Sequence record: OR397123.1
From: Clostridioides phage AR1074-1
Direction: 5' to 3' (one strand)
DNA length: 38,059 nucleotides
Part shown: one piece after another, positions 1 to 6,941 of the stretch
Layout: each line of letters begins with the position of its first letter
Numbering within the stretch: position 1 is the first letter of the stretch
Program-made: the position numbers and the translations under genes
The notes under the pieces: generated by a model
Told to the model about the DNA's origin: nothing
The model's database searches: none
What the model saw: the letters and a program-made list of their open reading frames with translations, nothing else

Positions 1-41
1 TTTATTTTTTCTTCATAACTTAAAACATTATTTTTTATCAT
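1..41 (-). CDS. Partial CDS (N-terminus only; continues beyond the left edge of the window), hypothetical protein
   Basis: On the minus strand AAAGGAGAG is followed by 7 nt and then ATG (start at 41), reading MIKNNVLSYEEKI and staying open to the window edge. Confidence 0.3.
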   Translation of the reverse strand, partial: MIKNNVLSYEEKI

Positions 42-86
42 TTTTTCACTCTCCTTTTTCACATGTAAAGATACTAATTTAAATAT

Positions 87-689
87 TTATTTCTTCATTT
101 TCTTAAACTGCTTTCTTCTTATAATACTCCACGAATTACCATCCAAACATTTCTCACAAATTTCAATATTTTTTATTTCTTTTGCTGAACTCAAATAATC
201 TCGTGTTAAAAAAGGTATTTTAAATACATCTTCTTGATTTTCTATTTTTTTAGAACAAATAAAACAAGTACATTCTGAATCACTAGTATCTTTACCTTTT
301 GAAACACTGTCATGATTGCAAGATATTGTATCCGTTTTTGCTGAACTAATTTCTTCGCAACTTGCAACAGTTTCAGAATTTTCTTTATCTCCATAATGAA
401 TTTTATAAATTTCTTCTATATCTGCATTTTCTAATCCTAGATAAGTTTTATATGCCTTTTCTTTTCTATCACTGTGCTTATGCTTTTTTATTATATCTAA
501 AGCATTTATTTCATATAATAGAGCATCATTCCAAGGTTTTTTAAATTTGTTTTCATTTGCTTTTATTAGTTCTTCGTTACTTAACTCGTTTACAGTTTCA
601 TTACAAGAAACAACATTGTTACTCTCTGCTTTTATAACTCCAAAAAGTTCAACCAATTCTTTTAACTCTCTTACACTATTAATTTCCAT
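87..689 (-). CDS. Hypothetical early protein with a C-terminal Cys cluster (zinc-ribbon-like)
   Basis: 200-aa ORF with CTCFICSKK...CEKCLDG at the C-terminus. It sits tightly downstream of the replisome organiser gene on the same strand. Confidence 0.5.
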   Translation of the reverse strand: MEINSVRELKELVELFGVIKAESNNVVSCNETVNELSNEELIKANENKFKKPWNDALLYEINALDIIKKHKHSDRKEKAYKTYLGLENADIEEIYKIHYGDKENSETVASCEEISSAKTDTISCNHDSVSKGKDTSDSECTCFICSKKIENQEDVFKIPFLTRDYLSSAKEIKNIEICEKCLDGNSWSIIRRKQFKKMKK

Positions 690-711
690 TTCTTACACCA
701 TCCCTATTTTT

Positions 712-1584
712 TTATTTAAATTTAACACTTTGACTTTTCTTTATAATTGCATCAAGTTCTTTTTCTGAATATTTATTAAATGTTTGGTCAAAATTAGCAA
801 ATTTATTATTATTTGTCTTTGTTTTTCCTTTGACGCTCTCATTGCCCTTTAGAGCCTTTTTAGGTGTCTCGTTTAAGTAAGACTCGAATTTGTTTCCGAA
901 AAGCGTCTCCGGGCGTAAATAAGCGTTCATTTTATCATCATCTAGCCAGTTTAACACTTTGTTATCTATCACCTTGTAAAATTCTTCTTCTGTAAAGCCT
1001 TCTTTGAGTCTTGCATCAATCAAAGATATAGTTTTCTTTGTTGTACTCTTAAAAGATTTATCTGCTGTTTTATTTAAGTAATCAACGATTCTTTTATATA
1101 TCTCTTTGTCTTTTGTCTTTTCTTCTTTTTGCTCTGCAGAACTATATATATTATTAGTTAAATTAGTCTTGTTAATATTAGTCTTGTTACTCAGCACCTC
1201 ATTCCTAACATGTACAGCACCACATGCCGTAGGGTTAAGCACCTCATTCCTAACGTTAGGCATTGTGTGCTGCACCTCTTGTTTAGCTGATAATAATATA
1301 TATAGATTGCTTTCTTTTTCATTACTACCTTTTCGCTTGCGGTTTTTTCTTATAAGTAACCCTTTTTCTTCTAAACTTTTCAAAACATTTGATACTTGCC
1401 TTTCGCTGCATCCGGCTTTTTTAGATATTGTCTTATAGCTTGGAAAACAACAACTTTCTTCATCGCTATATCTAATTAAAACTATATAAATCATCTTTTC
1501 GTATATGCTTAAATCTTCTCTATCAACTAAACTATTTTCTGCCCAAAACCAATCTCTTTTCCTTGAATCTTTTAAAAGTTCCAA
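712..1584 (-). CDS. Phage replisome organiser / DnaD-like replication protein (N-terminal HTH, C-terminal Phg_2220_C-like motif)
   Basis: 290 aa. The N-terminus has a winged-helix segment (RYSDEESCCFPSYKTISKKAGCSERQVSNVLKSLEEKGLL). The C-terminus has the ...MNAYLRPETLFGNKFESYL motif typical of the DnaD/phage replisome-organiser C-terminal domain. Typical early-operon position. Confidence 0.7.
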   Translation of the reverse strand: MELLKDSRKRDWFWAENSLVDREDLSIYEKMIYIVLIRYSDEESCCFPSYKTISKKAGCSERQVSNVLKSLEEKGLLIRKNRKRKGSNEKESNLYILLSAKQEVQHTMPNVRNEVLNPTACGAVHVRNEVLSNKTNINKTNLTNNIYSSAEQKEEKTKDKEIYKRIVDYLNKTADKSFKSTTKKTISLIDARLKEGFTEEEFYKVIDNKVLNWLDDDKMNAYLRPETLFGNKFESYLNETPKKALKGNESVKGKTKTNNNKFANFDQTFNKYSEKELDAIIKKSQSVKFK

Positions 1585-1617
1585 TCCCTCACCCCCCTTC
1601 CACTTATAAATTATTTA

Positions 1618-1842
1618 TTAAGATAGTAATTTAAGTTCATAGTCATTGAATATCAAATCTTCTTTAGTTAATACTTTGCATGTCATTTCTTTTATTTCTT
1701 CGTCATAATACGTTAATACTATTTCGTCTTTATCTATATATGTAACAATACATTTTCTATCATGATTAAATTTCACATCATGCAATCTAATAATTTCGCC
1801 TATTTTTATATTTTTACTTTTTAGTAATTTCAATCTATCCAC
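1618..1842 (-). CDS. Hypothetical small early protein
   Basis: 74-aa ORF lying between the cro-like gene and the replisome organiser on the same strand. Confidence 0.45.
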   Translation of the reverse strand: MDRLKLLKSKNIKIGEIIRLHDVKFNHDRKCIVTYIDKDEIVLTYYDEEIKEMTCKVLTKEDLIFNDYELKLLS

Positions 1843-1869
1843 CTCTTAATTTCGAATATTCTGATTCTT

Positions 1870-2091
1870 TCATATATATTTTTTACTTTTTTCTTCTTCA
1901 ATTTCAAAAAGATATTCGGTACTTAAATCAGGGAAGAATATTGTTTGTATTTTTTTTGCCTCAATATATTTTAGTCTATTAATACTATTTAACTTGGCGC
2001 AAATTGTACTTACATTTAAATTTAACGCTTTTGCTATTTTTTCATTTGTTATATTTTTTCTCGCCATTTCTGCTTTTAAATTTCTAAACAT
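1870..2091 (-). CDS. Cro-like XRE-family HTH regulator
   Basis: 73 aa with an HTH segment (ITNEKIAKALNLNVSTICAKLN). Transcribed divergently from the CI-like repressor across an operator-containing intergenic region. Confidence 0.65.
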   Translation of the reverse strand: MFRNLKAEMARKNITNEKIAKALNLNVSTICAKLNSINRLKYIEAKKIQTIFFPDLSTEYLFEIEEEKSKKYI

Positions 2092-2109
2092 TTTAATGCT
2101 CCTTTCTGA

Positions 2110-2212
2110 ATTTATTCACGAAATTGCGTGTCTTATATTTCATATAATACACTCAATTTCGTGAATAGTCAATATGTTTTTGTATTTTATTTTTGCAATT
2201 TCGTAAATTTTT
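2110..2212. promoter_or_regulatory. Genetic-switch region with three related operator sites (ATTCACGAAATTG family) between the cro-like and cI-like genes
   Basis: attcacgaaattgcgtg at 2114-2130 and its near-perfect inverted copy cactcaatttcgtgaat at 2150-2166. A third related copy, caatttcgtaaat, lies at 2195-2207. All fall within the divergent promoter region. Confidence 0.5.
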
Positions 2213-2262
2213 CTTGAATTTTTACGATTTTACCATTATATTAAAAACAAGGTGGTGATTAA

Positions 2263-2607
2263 ATGAATATAGAAGAACGTTTAAAACAATTAATACTTAG
2301 CAAATATAAAAGCATAAGAGCTTTTACAAAAGAAGTTAATATTCCTTATTCTACAGTTGATACTATGCTTAAGCGCGGAATAAGTGGTACTAGTATAACA
2401 ACAGTATTAAAAATTTGTAACGCTTTAAATATTGACGCTGATGCTCTTATTGACAACGAACTAAAAGAAAAAGAACTATCTTCAAAGATACAAACAAATC
2501 AGTTCGAACAAAAAATTTTAAAAATGTATAATGCTCTCGATGAACATGGAAAAGATATTGTATTTACTATATTAGAAAAAGAATATGTTAGAATTAATAA
2601 GCTCTAG
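2263..2607 (+). CDS. CI-like repressor, XRE-family HTH
   Basis: 114 aa with an N-terminal HTH (IRAFTKEVNIPYSTVDTMLKRG). An RBS (AAGGTGGTG) precedes the ATG. Transcribed divergently from the cro-like gene. Confidence 0.7.
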   Translation: MNIEERLKQLILSKYKSIRAFTKEVNIPYSTVDTMLKRGISGTSITTVLKICNALNIDADALIDNELKEKELSSKIQTNQFEQKILKMYNALDEHGKDIVFTILEKEYVRINKL

Positions 2608-2626
2608 TACTAGAGCTTATATTTTG
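2596..2626 (+). terminator. Hairpin at the repressor stop (perfect palindrome agctctagtactagagct)
   Basis: 18-bp perfect palindrome overlapping the stop codon, followed by an AT/T-rich tract. Confidence 0.35.
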
Positions 2627-2789
2627 TTCTACACTCTAATATTAACACGGAAAACCATTCCAAAAATATTCGTACGACGAATATTCCGACTTTAATTTAC
2701 AAAATTTACCAATTAATTTGTCTATTTTCTAAATTGTAAAAAATTTCTATTGATTTTAATATTTTTTAATACTATAGTTTAATTTCGAC

Positions 2790-3089
2790 ATGGAGTCTTT
2801 ATTAAAATATCATAGAAAAAAGAAAAAACTCACTCAACGTCGATTAAGTGAATTGACAGGAATAAGTCAAAGTTACATTTCAAGGATGGAAAACAAAAAA
2901 TTTAAACACAGCCCAACCTTAACTCAAATAATTTTATTAGCTGATATATTAGAAATTGACCAATTGATTTTATCTGAATTTTTTTTGGAAAAAGAAAGGG
3001 AGCATTTAAAAAATACTAAAAAATATAATAAAAAAGCAGTTAAAACACTTAGCAGGGATTTTTTAAAAGAATATAAAAATAAGGACTAG
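2790..3089 (+). CDS. Second XRE-family HTH regulator
   Basis: 99 aa with LTQRRLSELTGISQSYISRMENKK, a canonical HTH_XRE helix 2-3. Confidence 0.6.
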   Translation: MESLLKYHRKKKKLTQRRLSELTGISQSYISRMENKKFKHSPTLTQIILLADILEIDQLILSEFFLEKEREHLKNTKKYNKKAVKTLSRDFLKEYKNKD

Positions 3090-3116
3090 GTAATTATTTA
3101 TACCTAGCCCCTTTTT

Positions 3117-3791
3117 TTACTGCTCTACTTTAATTTCTCCTAGCTCAATCCAGTTATCTTTATATAATTCCGGAAATTTCTTTTCTACATCTGATTTTGA
3201 TGCTCCTTGATTTGCGTACTCCATTGCTTCAAAAAGTCTTGAATAATCTTTCAGGTTATATTTTAAAACTATTTCTTTTACATTCATATTCTTTTCAACT
3301 AATATTTTAACTTGTGCATCAAATTTGTAGTTAGCTGGTACTTGTTGATTGTCTAATTTATCAGTTACTTTTATGTCTTTAAATTCGTAACCATCTGTAC
3401 CGACTGCGTTCCATCCTGTTTGAAATAATTTAACTGCTTTATCTGTTTTATTTTCTACTTCTACATTTACAACTTCGTACACATAATCAGCTGCCTTTTT
3501 CTTTTCGATTCCATCACTAAAATATTCTCCATTTTCGTTAAAACTTCCGTCTTCGTTTATATCTCCTTTTATATCTTCTTTTGTAACATCTTTTACAGTT
3601 ATTTTAATTCCATCAACCTCATTTTCATTTGCTTTCTTTTCTTTTTTAGTTGTGTTTCCAGTATCTTTGTTATTAGTTGATGAACAAGCAACCAACCCTA
3701 CACTTAATAAACATACTGTAATTAATAATAATACTTTTTTCATCCTCGATTCCTCCATGTTTTTATGTTTTGTTATATATTTCAACATCAA
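3117..3791 (-). CDS. Prophage lipoprotein (candidate superinfection-exclusion or surface protein)
   Basis: 224 aa. The signal peptide MKKVLLLITVCLLSVGLVACSS carries the lipobox LVAC. The mature part is Lys/Asp/Glu-rich. The gene sits in the lysogeny region. Confidence 0.7.
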   Translation of the reverse strand: MMLKYITKHKNMEESRMKKVLLLITVCLLSVGLVACSSTNNKDTGNTTKKEKKANENEVDGIKITVKDVTKEDIKGDINEDGSFNENGEYFSDGIEKKKAADYVYEVVNVEVENKTDKAVKLFQTGWNAVGTDGYEFKDIKVTDKLDNQQVPANYKFDAQVKILVEKNMNVKEIVLKYNLKDYSRLFEAMEYANQGASKSDVEKKFPELYKDNWIELGEIKVEQ

Positions 3792-4183
3792 AACTTATAT
3801 TCCTTTAATTTTCTATTCTAGTAGTATGAAAATAATTTAAAAGAATAATACCTATTTATTTCCATTCTAAGCATTTTTTTATGCTATTTAACATAAATTA
3901 TTTATAACAAACAGAAAAATCGTTTCTGGTGTCTTGTATCGCTTCTAAATGATATTCTAGTTTCTTAATCAAATAATCATTTTCTTTTTATCCAAAGATA
4001 CATTCTAATAGTTTCTTTACTTTTGAAAAATGCTAATAATATTTTAAATAGCGACCACCACTTTTTGAGACAAGTTAGATTTCTAATTAAGTTAAGTACT
4101 TTAATAAATAAATACAAAAGATACATATTTTGTTCTCTATAATACAAGTTCTCTATAATAATATATTCTCTATATATTTACTG

Positions 4184-4267
4184 CACCACTTTTTGCACTA
4201 CCAAAGCACCACTTTTTGCACTACCAAAGCACCACTTTTTGCACTACCAAAGCACCACTTTTTGCAC
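4184..4267. repeat. Iterons: about 3.7 tandem copies of a 23-bp unit CACCACTTTTTGCACTACCAAAG
   Basis: Perfect head-to-tail 23-bp repeats at 4184, 4207, 4230 and 4253 (last copy partial). A related half-site, accaccactttttg, lies at 4055-4068. Three TTCTCTATAWA boxes lie at 4132-4182 in an AT-rich tract. Confidence 0.65.
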
Positions 4268-4406
4268 GTAGTAAGAAATCTAATTAATTTTTAAAAACTT
4301 ATTAACATGTTATCAACATAAAAATAATGGTTATCAACATAAAAATCAAAGTTATAAACAGCATTGTTATATTTAGACATAAAAATAGACCTTTTTTAAA
4401 GAAGGT

Positions 4407-5099
4407 CTATTTTTTACGTGCATTTTTCCATTCTGAAAAACTACATAGTCTATATAATTTTTGTATCCTAGGAACTTTTTTATTCTTTTCTTCGTCCCAC
4501 TCAAATTTATTTTCTTTTTTTACTTCGATATATTTGCTTACTTCAAATACTGTTATAATTTTTCTTATTTTACTTCTGTTATTTTTGCTATCACCACATA
4601 ACCCGATTTTTTCACAAATAAATTTTTCAGTCATACATTTAAAACTATTTTCAGTTGTCATGTAACATAAAAGGCAATAAACTTTTATTGCATTAGTATT
4701 AAATGCAGAAATTAATTCTTGTAGCATATCATGATGAATTGTAACAAATTTATGAACGTTATCGTTGTATCCTGTACTTGTACCATAGTTTAATCTATAA
4801 ATTATTCCGTTGCGGCTGTTTTCTATTTCAAGTACTTTACAATCTAAACTATTGAGCTTTTTTATATTTCTCTCTAAAGTAGTACGAGCAACCCCTATTT
4901 GTTTAGCTAATTCTTCCATTTTAAATTTATTTTGATACAAATATCTATTTTTTTCTATATGCATAATTCTCATGCTCCCTTTACTTATAAGCATTAAAGC
5001 GCCAAACTCTTTAGCACAATAATTTTTTTCATTTAAACAATACGTAGGCATTGGTAATTTATAATTTTTTTCTAATTCTTTTGCTTCTTCTAAAGACAT
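4407..5099 (-). CDS. Winged-helix HTH protein, candidate plasmid-type replication initiator (iteron-adjacent)
   Basis: The track ORF is 241 aa. The likely true start is the second Met (MSLEEAKELE...) at 5099, preceded by AAAGGGGGAA and 7 nt. The HTH segment is MEELAKQIGVARTTLERNIKKL. The iterons lie 140 bp beyond its 3' end. Confidence 0.5.
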   Translation of the reverse strand: MSLEEAKELEKNYKLPMPTYCLNEKNYCAKEFGALMLISKGSMRIMHIEKNRYLYQNKFKMEELAKQIGVARTTLERNIKKLNSLDCKVLEIENSRNGIIYRLNYGTSTGYNDNVHKFVTIHHDMLQELISAFNTNAIKVYCLLCYMTTENSFKCMTEKFICEKIGLCGDSKNNRSKIRKIITVFEVSKYIEVKKENKFEWDEEKNKKVPRIQKLYRLCSFSEWKNARKK

Positions 5100-5119
5100 T
5101 TTATTTCCCCCTTTTGACG

Positions 5120-5320
5120 GGGCTTGAAGCACTTTTAACTAATTAAGTTAAAAATTTCAAATTATTTTTAACCTTAAAACATTGATTTATAAGTTGTTTT
5201 AATCTATAATATAACTTATAAATTAGTTAAAAAAGGATATAATTATATCCTATAAGAGCTTCAAGCTCCGTTGGTAAGGAATAAGTCGAGTCGCCAAACA
5301 AACGCTTATTCCTTTTATTT
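5120..5320 (+). ncRNA. Candidate structured antisense/countertranscript RNA opposite the leader of the Rep-like gene, ending in a rho-independent terminator
   Basis: A long-range 13-bp stem pairs cggggcttgaagc (5118-5130) with gcttcaagctccg (5255-5267). Inside are an 18-bp perfect palindrome aggatataattatatcct (5233-5250) and a near-palindrome at 5143-5163. A terminator hairpin aaggaataag...cttattcctt followed by ttttatttgttttt lies at 5278-5325 on the plus strand. No plus-strand CDS lies upstream. Confidence 0.3.
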
Positions 5321-5411
5321 GTTTTTGTAATCTGTAATAAGTTAATATTAATTATAGCATAAATATAAAATAAAAAAATATATTGATTTTGAAAATAAAT
5401 TATATTTTAAA

Positions 5412-5442
5412 AGACTTAGTACACTTACTAAGTCTTTTTTTA
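5412..5442. terminator. Bidirectional hairpin terminator (gacttagta-cact-tactaagtc followed by a T7 run)
   Basis: Perfect 9-bp stem flanked by an A-run upstream and a T-run downstream. Confidence 0.45.
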
Positions 5443-5555
5443 TGTAAATATATGTTATAATAATTTTAGCGAGGAAAAAAGTGATTGAAAAAGCGTAAGA
5501 GTGGCTATTTCCATATTTAAACGCCAAATTCCATAACGGAAGGAGGTGGAACAAT

Positions 5556-5663
5556 ATGGTGATAAATTTTTTATTGAGTATACTAGCTGGTGTTATATCA
5601 GCTTCCATATATGATAAAATAAAAAACCACTCAAACGCCAATAAGAGTGGTTCAAGAAAATAA
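5556..5663 (+). CDS. Type I toxin-like small hydrophobic peptide (35 aa: MVINFLLSILAGVISASIYDKIKNHSNANKSGSRK)
   Basis: Not in the ORF track (under 60 aa). A strong RBS GGAAGGAGGTGG lies 6 nt upstream of the ATG. A single predicted transmembrane helix is followed by a Lys/Arg-rich tail. A convergent antisense promoter and terminator overlap its 3' end. Confidence 0.55.
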   Translation: MVINFLLSILAGVISASIYDKIKNHSNANKSGSRK

Positions 5664-5722
5664 GTTATTTTTCAAAACATTGGAAATAGCTACTCTTGTG
5701 TAAAGTAAATCATTATTTCCTT
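5611..5722 (-). ncRNA. Antisense RNA (type I antitoxin candidate) overlapping the 3' end of the toxin ORF
   Basis: Minus-strand sigmaA-like promoter: -35 TTGTAT (5758-5753), an 18-bp spacer, and an extended -10 TGATATAAT (5737-5729). Minus-strand terminator: hairpin aaccactc/gagtggtt (5625-5653) followed by TTTTTTATTTT. Confidence 0.45.
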
Positions 5723-5785
5723 GCTTTTATTATATCACATTTTTTAAAAAAGATACAATTTTACATCACTTCATATATGTTAATT

Positions 5786-5920
5786 AGTTTAAAAATACAA
5801 AACCACTCTGCGCAAAAGAGTGGTTGGGAATTTGATTTAAAAATCAAATTCAAAAAGTCTAGATAATTTTTTACTTTAGACGAAAACTCTACTCTTATGA
5901 CTGAAATACAGTTCTCTTGC
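5786..5920 (-). ncRNA. Second, orphan copy of the antitoxin-like sRNA module (no toxin ORF partner)
   Basis: A roughly 60-bp promoter repeat (5917-5972) duplicates 5718-5775 but its -35 is changed to TCGTAT. Minus-strand terminator hairpin aaccactct/agagtggtt (5800-5824) followed by TTTTGTATTTTT. No small ORF lies opposite. Confidence 0.35.
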
Positions 5921-6112
5921 TTTTATTATATCACATTTTCTTTAAAAGATACGAATTTATATCATTTCTAATATACTAAAATCTTTACTTTTTACCAAAA
6001 TTTGTTTAAAAATAGGAGAAAACTATTGCTTTTGACGCCCCGTCATGATATAATATATTTATAGAGAAGGAGGTGAGAAAGCAAAAAAAAATAAAAGAAA
6101 GGAGGAACGGGA

Positions 6113-6241
6113 ATGGGGAGATTAGAAAGAAGTAAAAAGAAAAGAGAAAACAAATTTAACATAGTTAAAAAAGTTTTCTCTTTCATCCTATTATTACTTA
6201 ACATAATCCTCGCAGTTCTAAGAATTTTAAAAGAACTGTAA
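6113..6241 (+). CDS. Small membrane peptide (42 aa: MGRLERSKKKRENKFNIVKKVFSFILLLLNIILAVLRILKEL)
   Basis: Not in the ORF track. RBS AAGGAGGAACGGGA then ATG. A basic N-terminus is followed by one transmembrane helix, then an imperfect hairpin (cctagaggg...ccttctctctagg). Confidence 0.4.
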   Translation: MGRLERSKKKRENKFNIVKKVFSFILLLLNIILAVLRILKEL

Positions 6242-6314
6242 GGATAAGCCTAGAGGGAATAGCCCTTCTCTCTAGGTGACTTCTTTCTAATATTATAACA
6301 CATTTCTAAAAAAC

Positions 6315-6476
6315 ATGAGTGATAAATTTTATAAGATTTGCATTGTTTTAGTTTTGATAACTATAGTCTTAAATATAGTATCTATAGTATTAAACTCTAG
6401 TACAAGCAACATGCTCGGTTTAGTTTTTAGTGTTGTATTATTGCTTTTCTTTGTAATACAGCAAAAAAGGAGCTAA
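6315..6476 (+). CDS. Small two-TM membrane peptide (53 aa)
   Basis: ATG at 6315 and stop at 6474-6476, 4 nt before the next gene's ATG. Two hydrophobic helices (ICIVLVLITIVLNIVSIVL and GLVFSVVLLLFFVI). No clear RBS, so weaker support. Confidence 0.3.
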   Translation: MSDKFYKICIVLVLITIVLNIVSIVLNSSTSNMLGLVFSVVLLLFFVIQQKRS

Positions 6477-6479
6477 TGA

Positions 6480-6662
6480 ATGGAAAAAGAAAAAAGAGAT
6501 TTAAAGTTTAACTTTCACAAAGGTGGGAGTGGGTCGTTTACTCCTAGAATGAGTGTTCCTAAAAAATGGGCTGATGAAATGGGCATAACAAGAGAAAACC
6601 CTAATGTTACGGCAACATTCGAGGGCGACAGGATAATAATTGAAAAGGCTAAGAATGAATGA
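6480..6662 (+). CDS. AbrB/MazE-family (SpoVT/AbrB swapped-hairpin) small DNA-binding protein
   Basis: 60 aa. RMSVPKKWADEMGI...VTATFEGDRIIIEKA matches the AbrB/MazE fold signature. RBS AAAAGGAG. Sits immediately upstream of the partition operon. Confidence 0.6.
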   Translation: MEKEKRDLKFNFHKGGSGSFTPRMSVPKKWADEMGITRENPNVTATFEGDRIIIEKAKNE

Positions 6663-6671
6663 CTTTTTCTA

Positions 6672-6712
6672 TAAAAGAAGGTTGCTTTTTTTCTTAGCCT
6701 TCTTTTTTTTAA
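6672..6712 (+). terminator. Rho-independent terminator after the AbrB-like gene
   Basis: Stem aaagaagg/ccttcttt followed by TTTTTTTT. Confidence 0.45.
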
Positions 6713-6940
6713 ATTTTACTATAATATAAAAATAATACTGTAATATTATAAAAATATTATTTTAGTATTGTATATACAATATTTTAGTATTTTTAATATA
6801 ATATATTGGTATTGTAAAAGCAATATGTAAATATTGTATTTATATTATTTGAATATTGTAATTAACAATATTAATATATTGTTGCAATATTATAAAAACA
6901 ATACTACAATATTGTTATAATATTATAAATATAATAATGA
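6713..6940. repeat. AT-rich centromere-like (parS-type) repeat field upstream of parA: many CAATATT/AATATTG boxes and short palindromes
   Basis: Examples: perfect palindrome acaatattgt (6906-6915), caatattaatatattg, attgtaattaacaat, and repeated taatattata/aatattgta units throughout the roughly 230 bp of non-coding DNA. Confidence 0.5.
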
Positions 6941-6941
6941 G

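Noticed and set aside
362-1438. Plus-strand ORFs 362-544, 547-768 and 1106-1438
   Set aside because: All lie antisense to well-supported minus-strand genes, and their translations are low-complexity.
4327-4665. 112-aa plus-strand ORF
   Set aside because: Low-complexity Leu/Phe/Ser-rich translation with no RBS. It largely overlaps the better-supported minus-strand Rep-like gene and the AT-rich origin region, so it is likely an antisense shadow.
5348-5641. 97-aa minus-strand ORF across the toxin locus
   Set aside because: Hydrophobic junk translation with no RBS. It spans the toxin promoter, RBS and ORF, which are far better supported on the plus strand.
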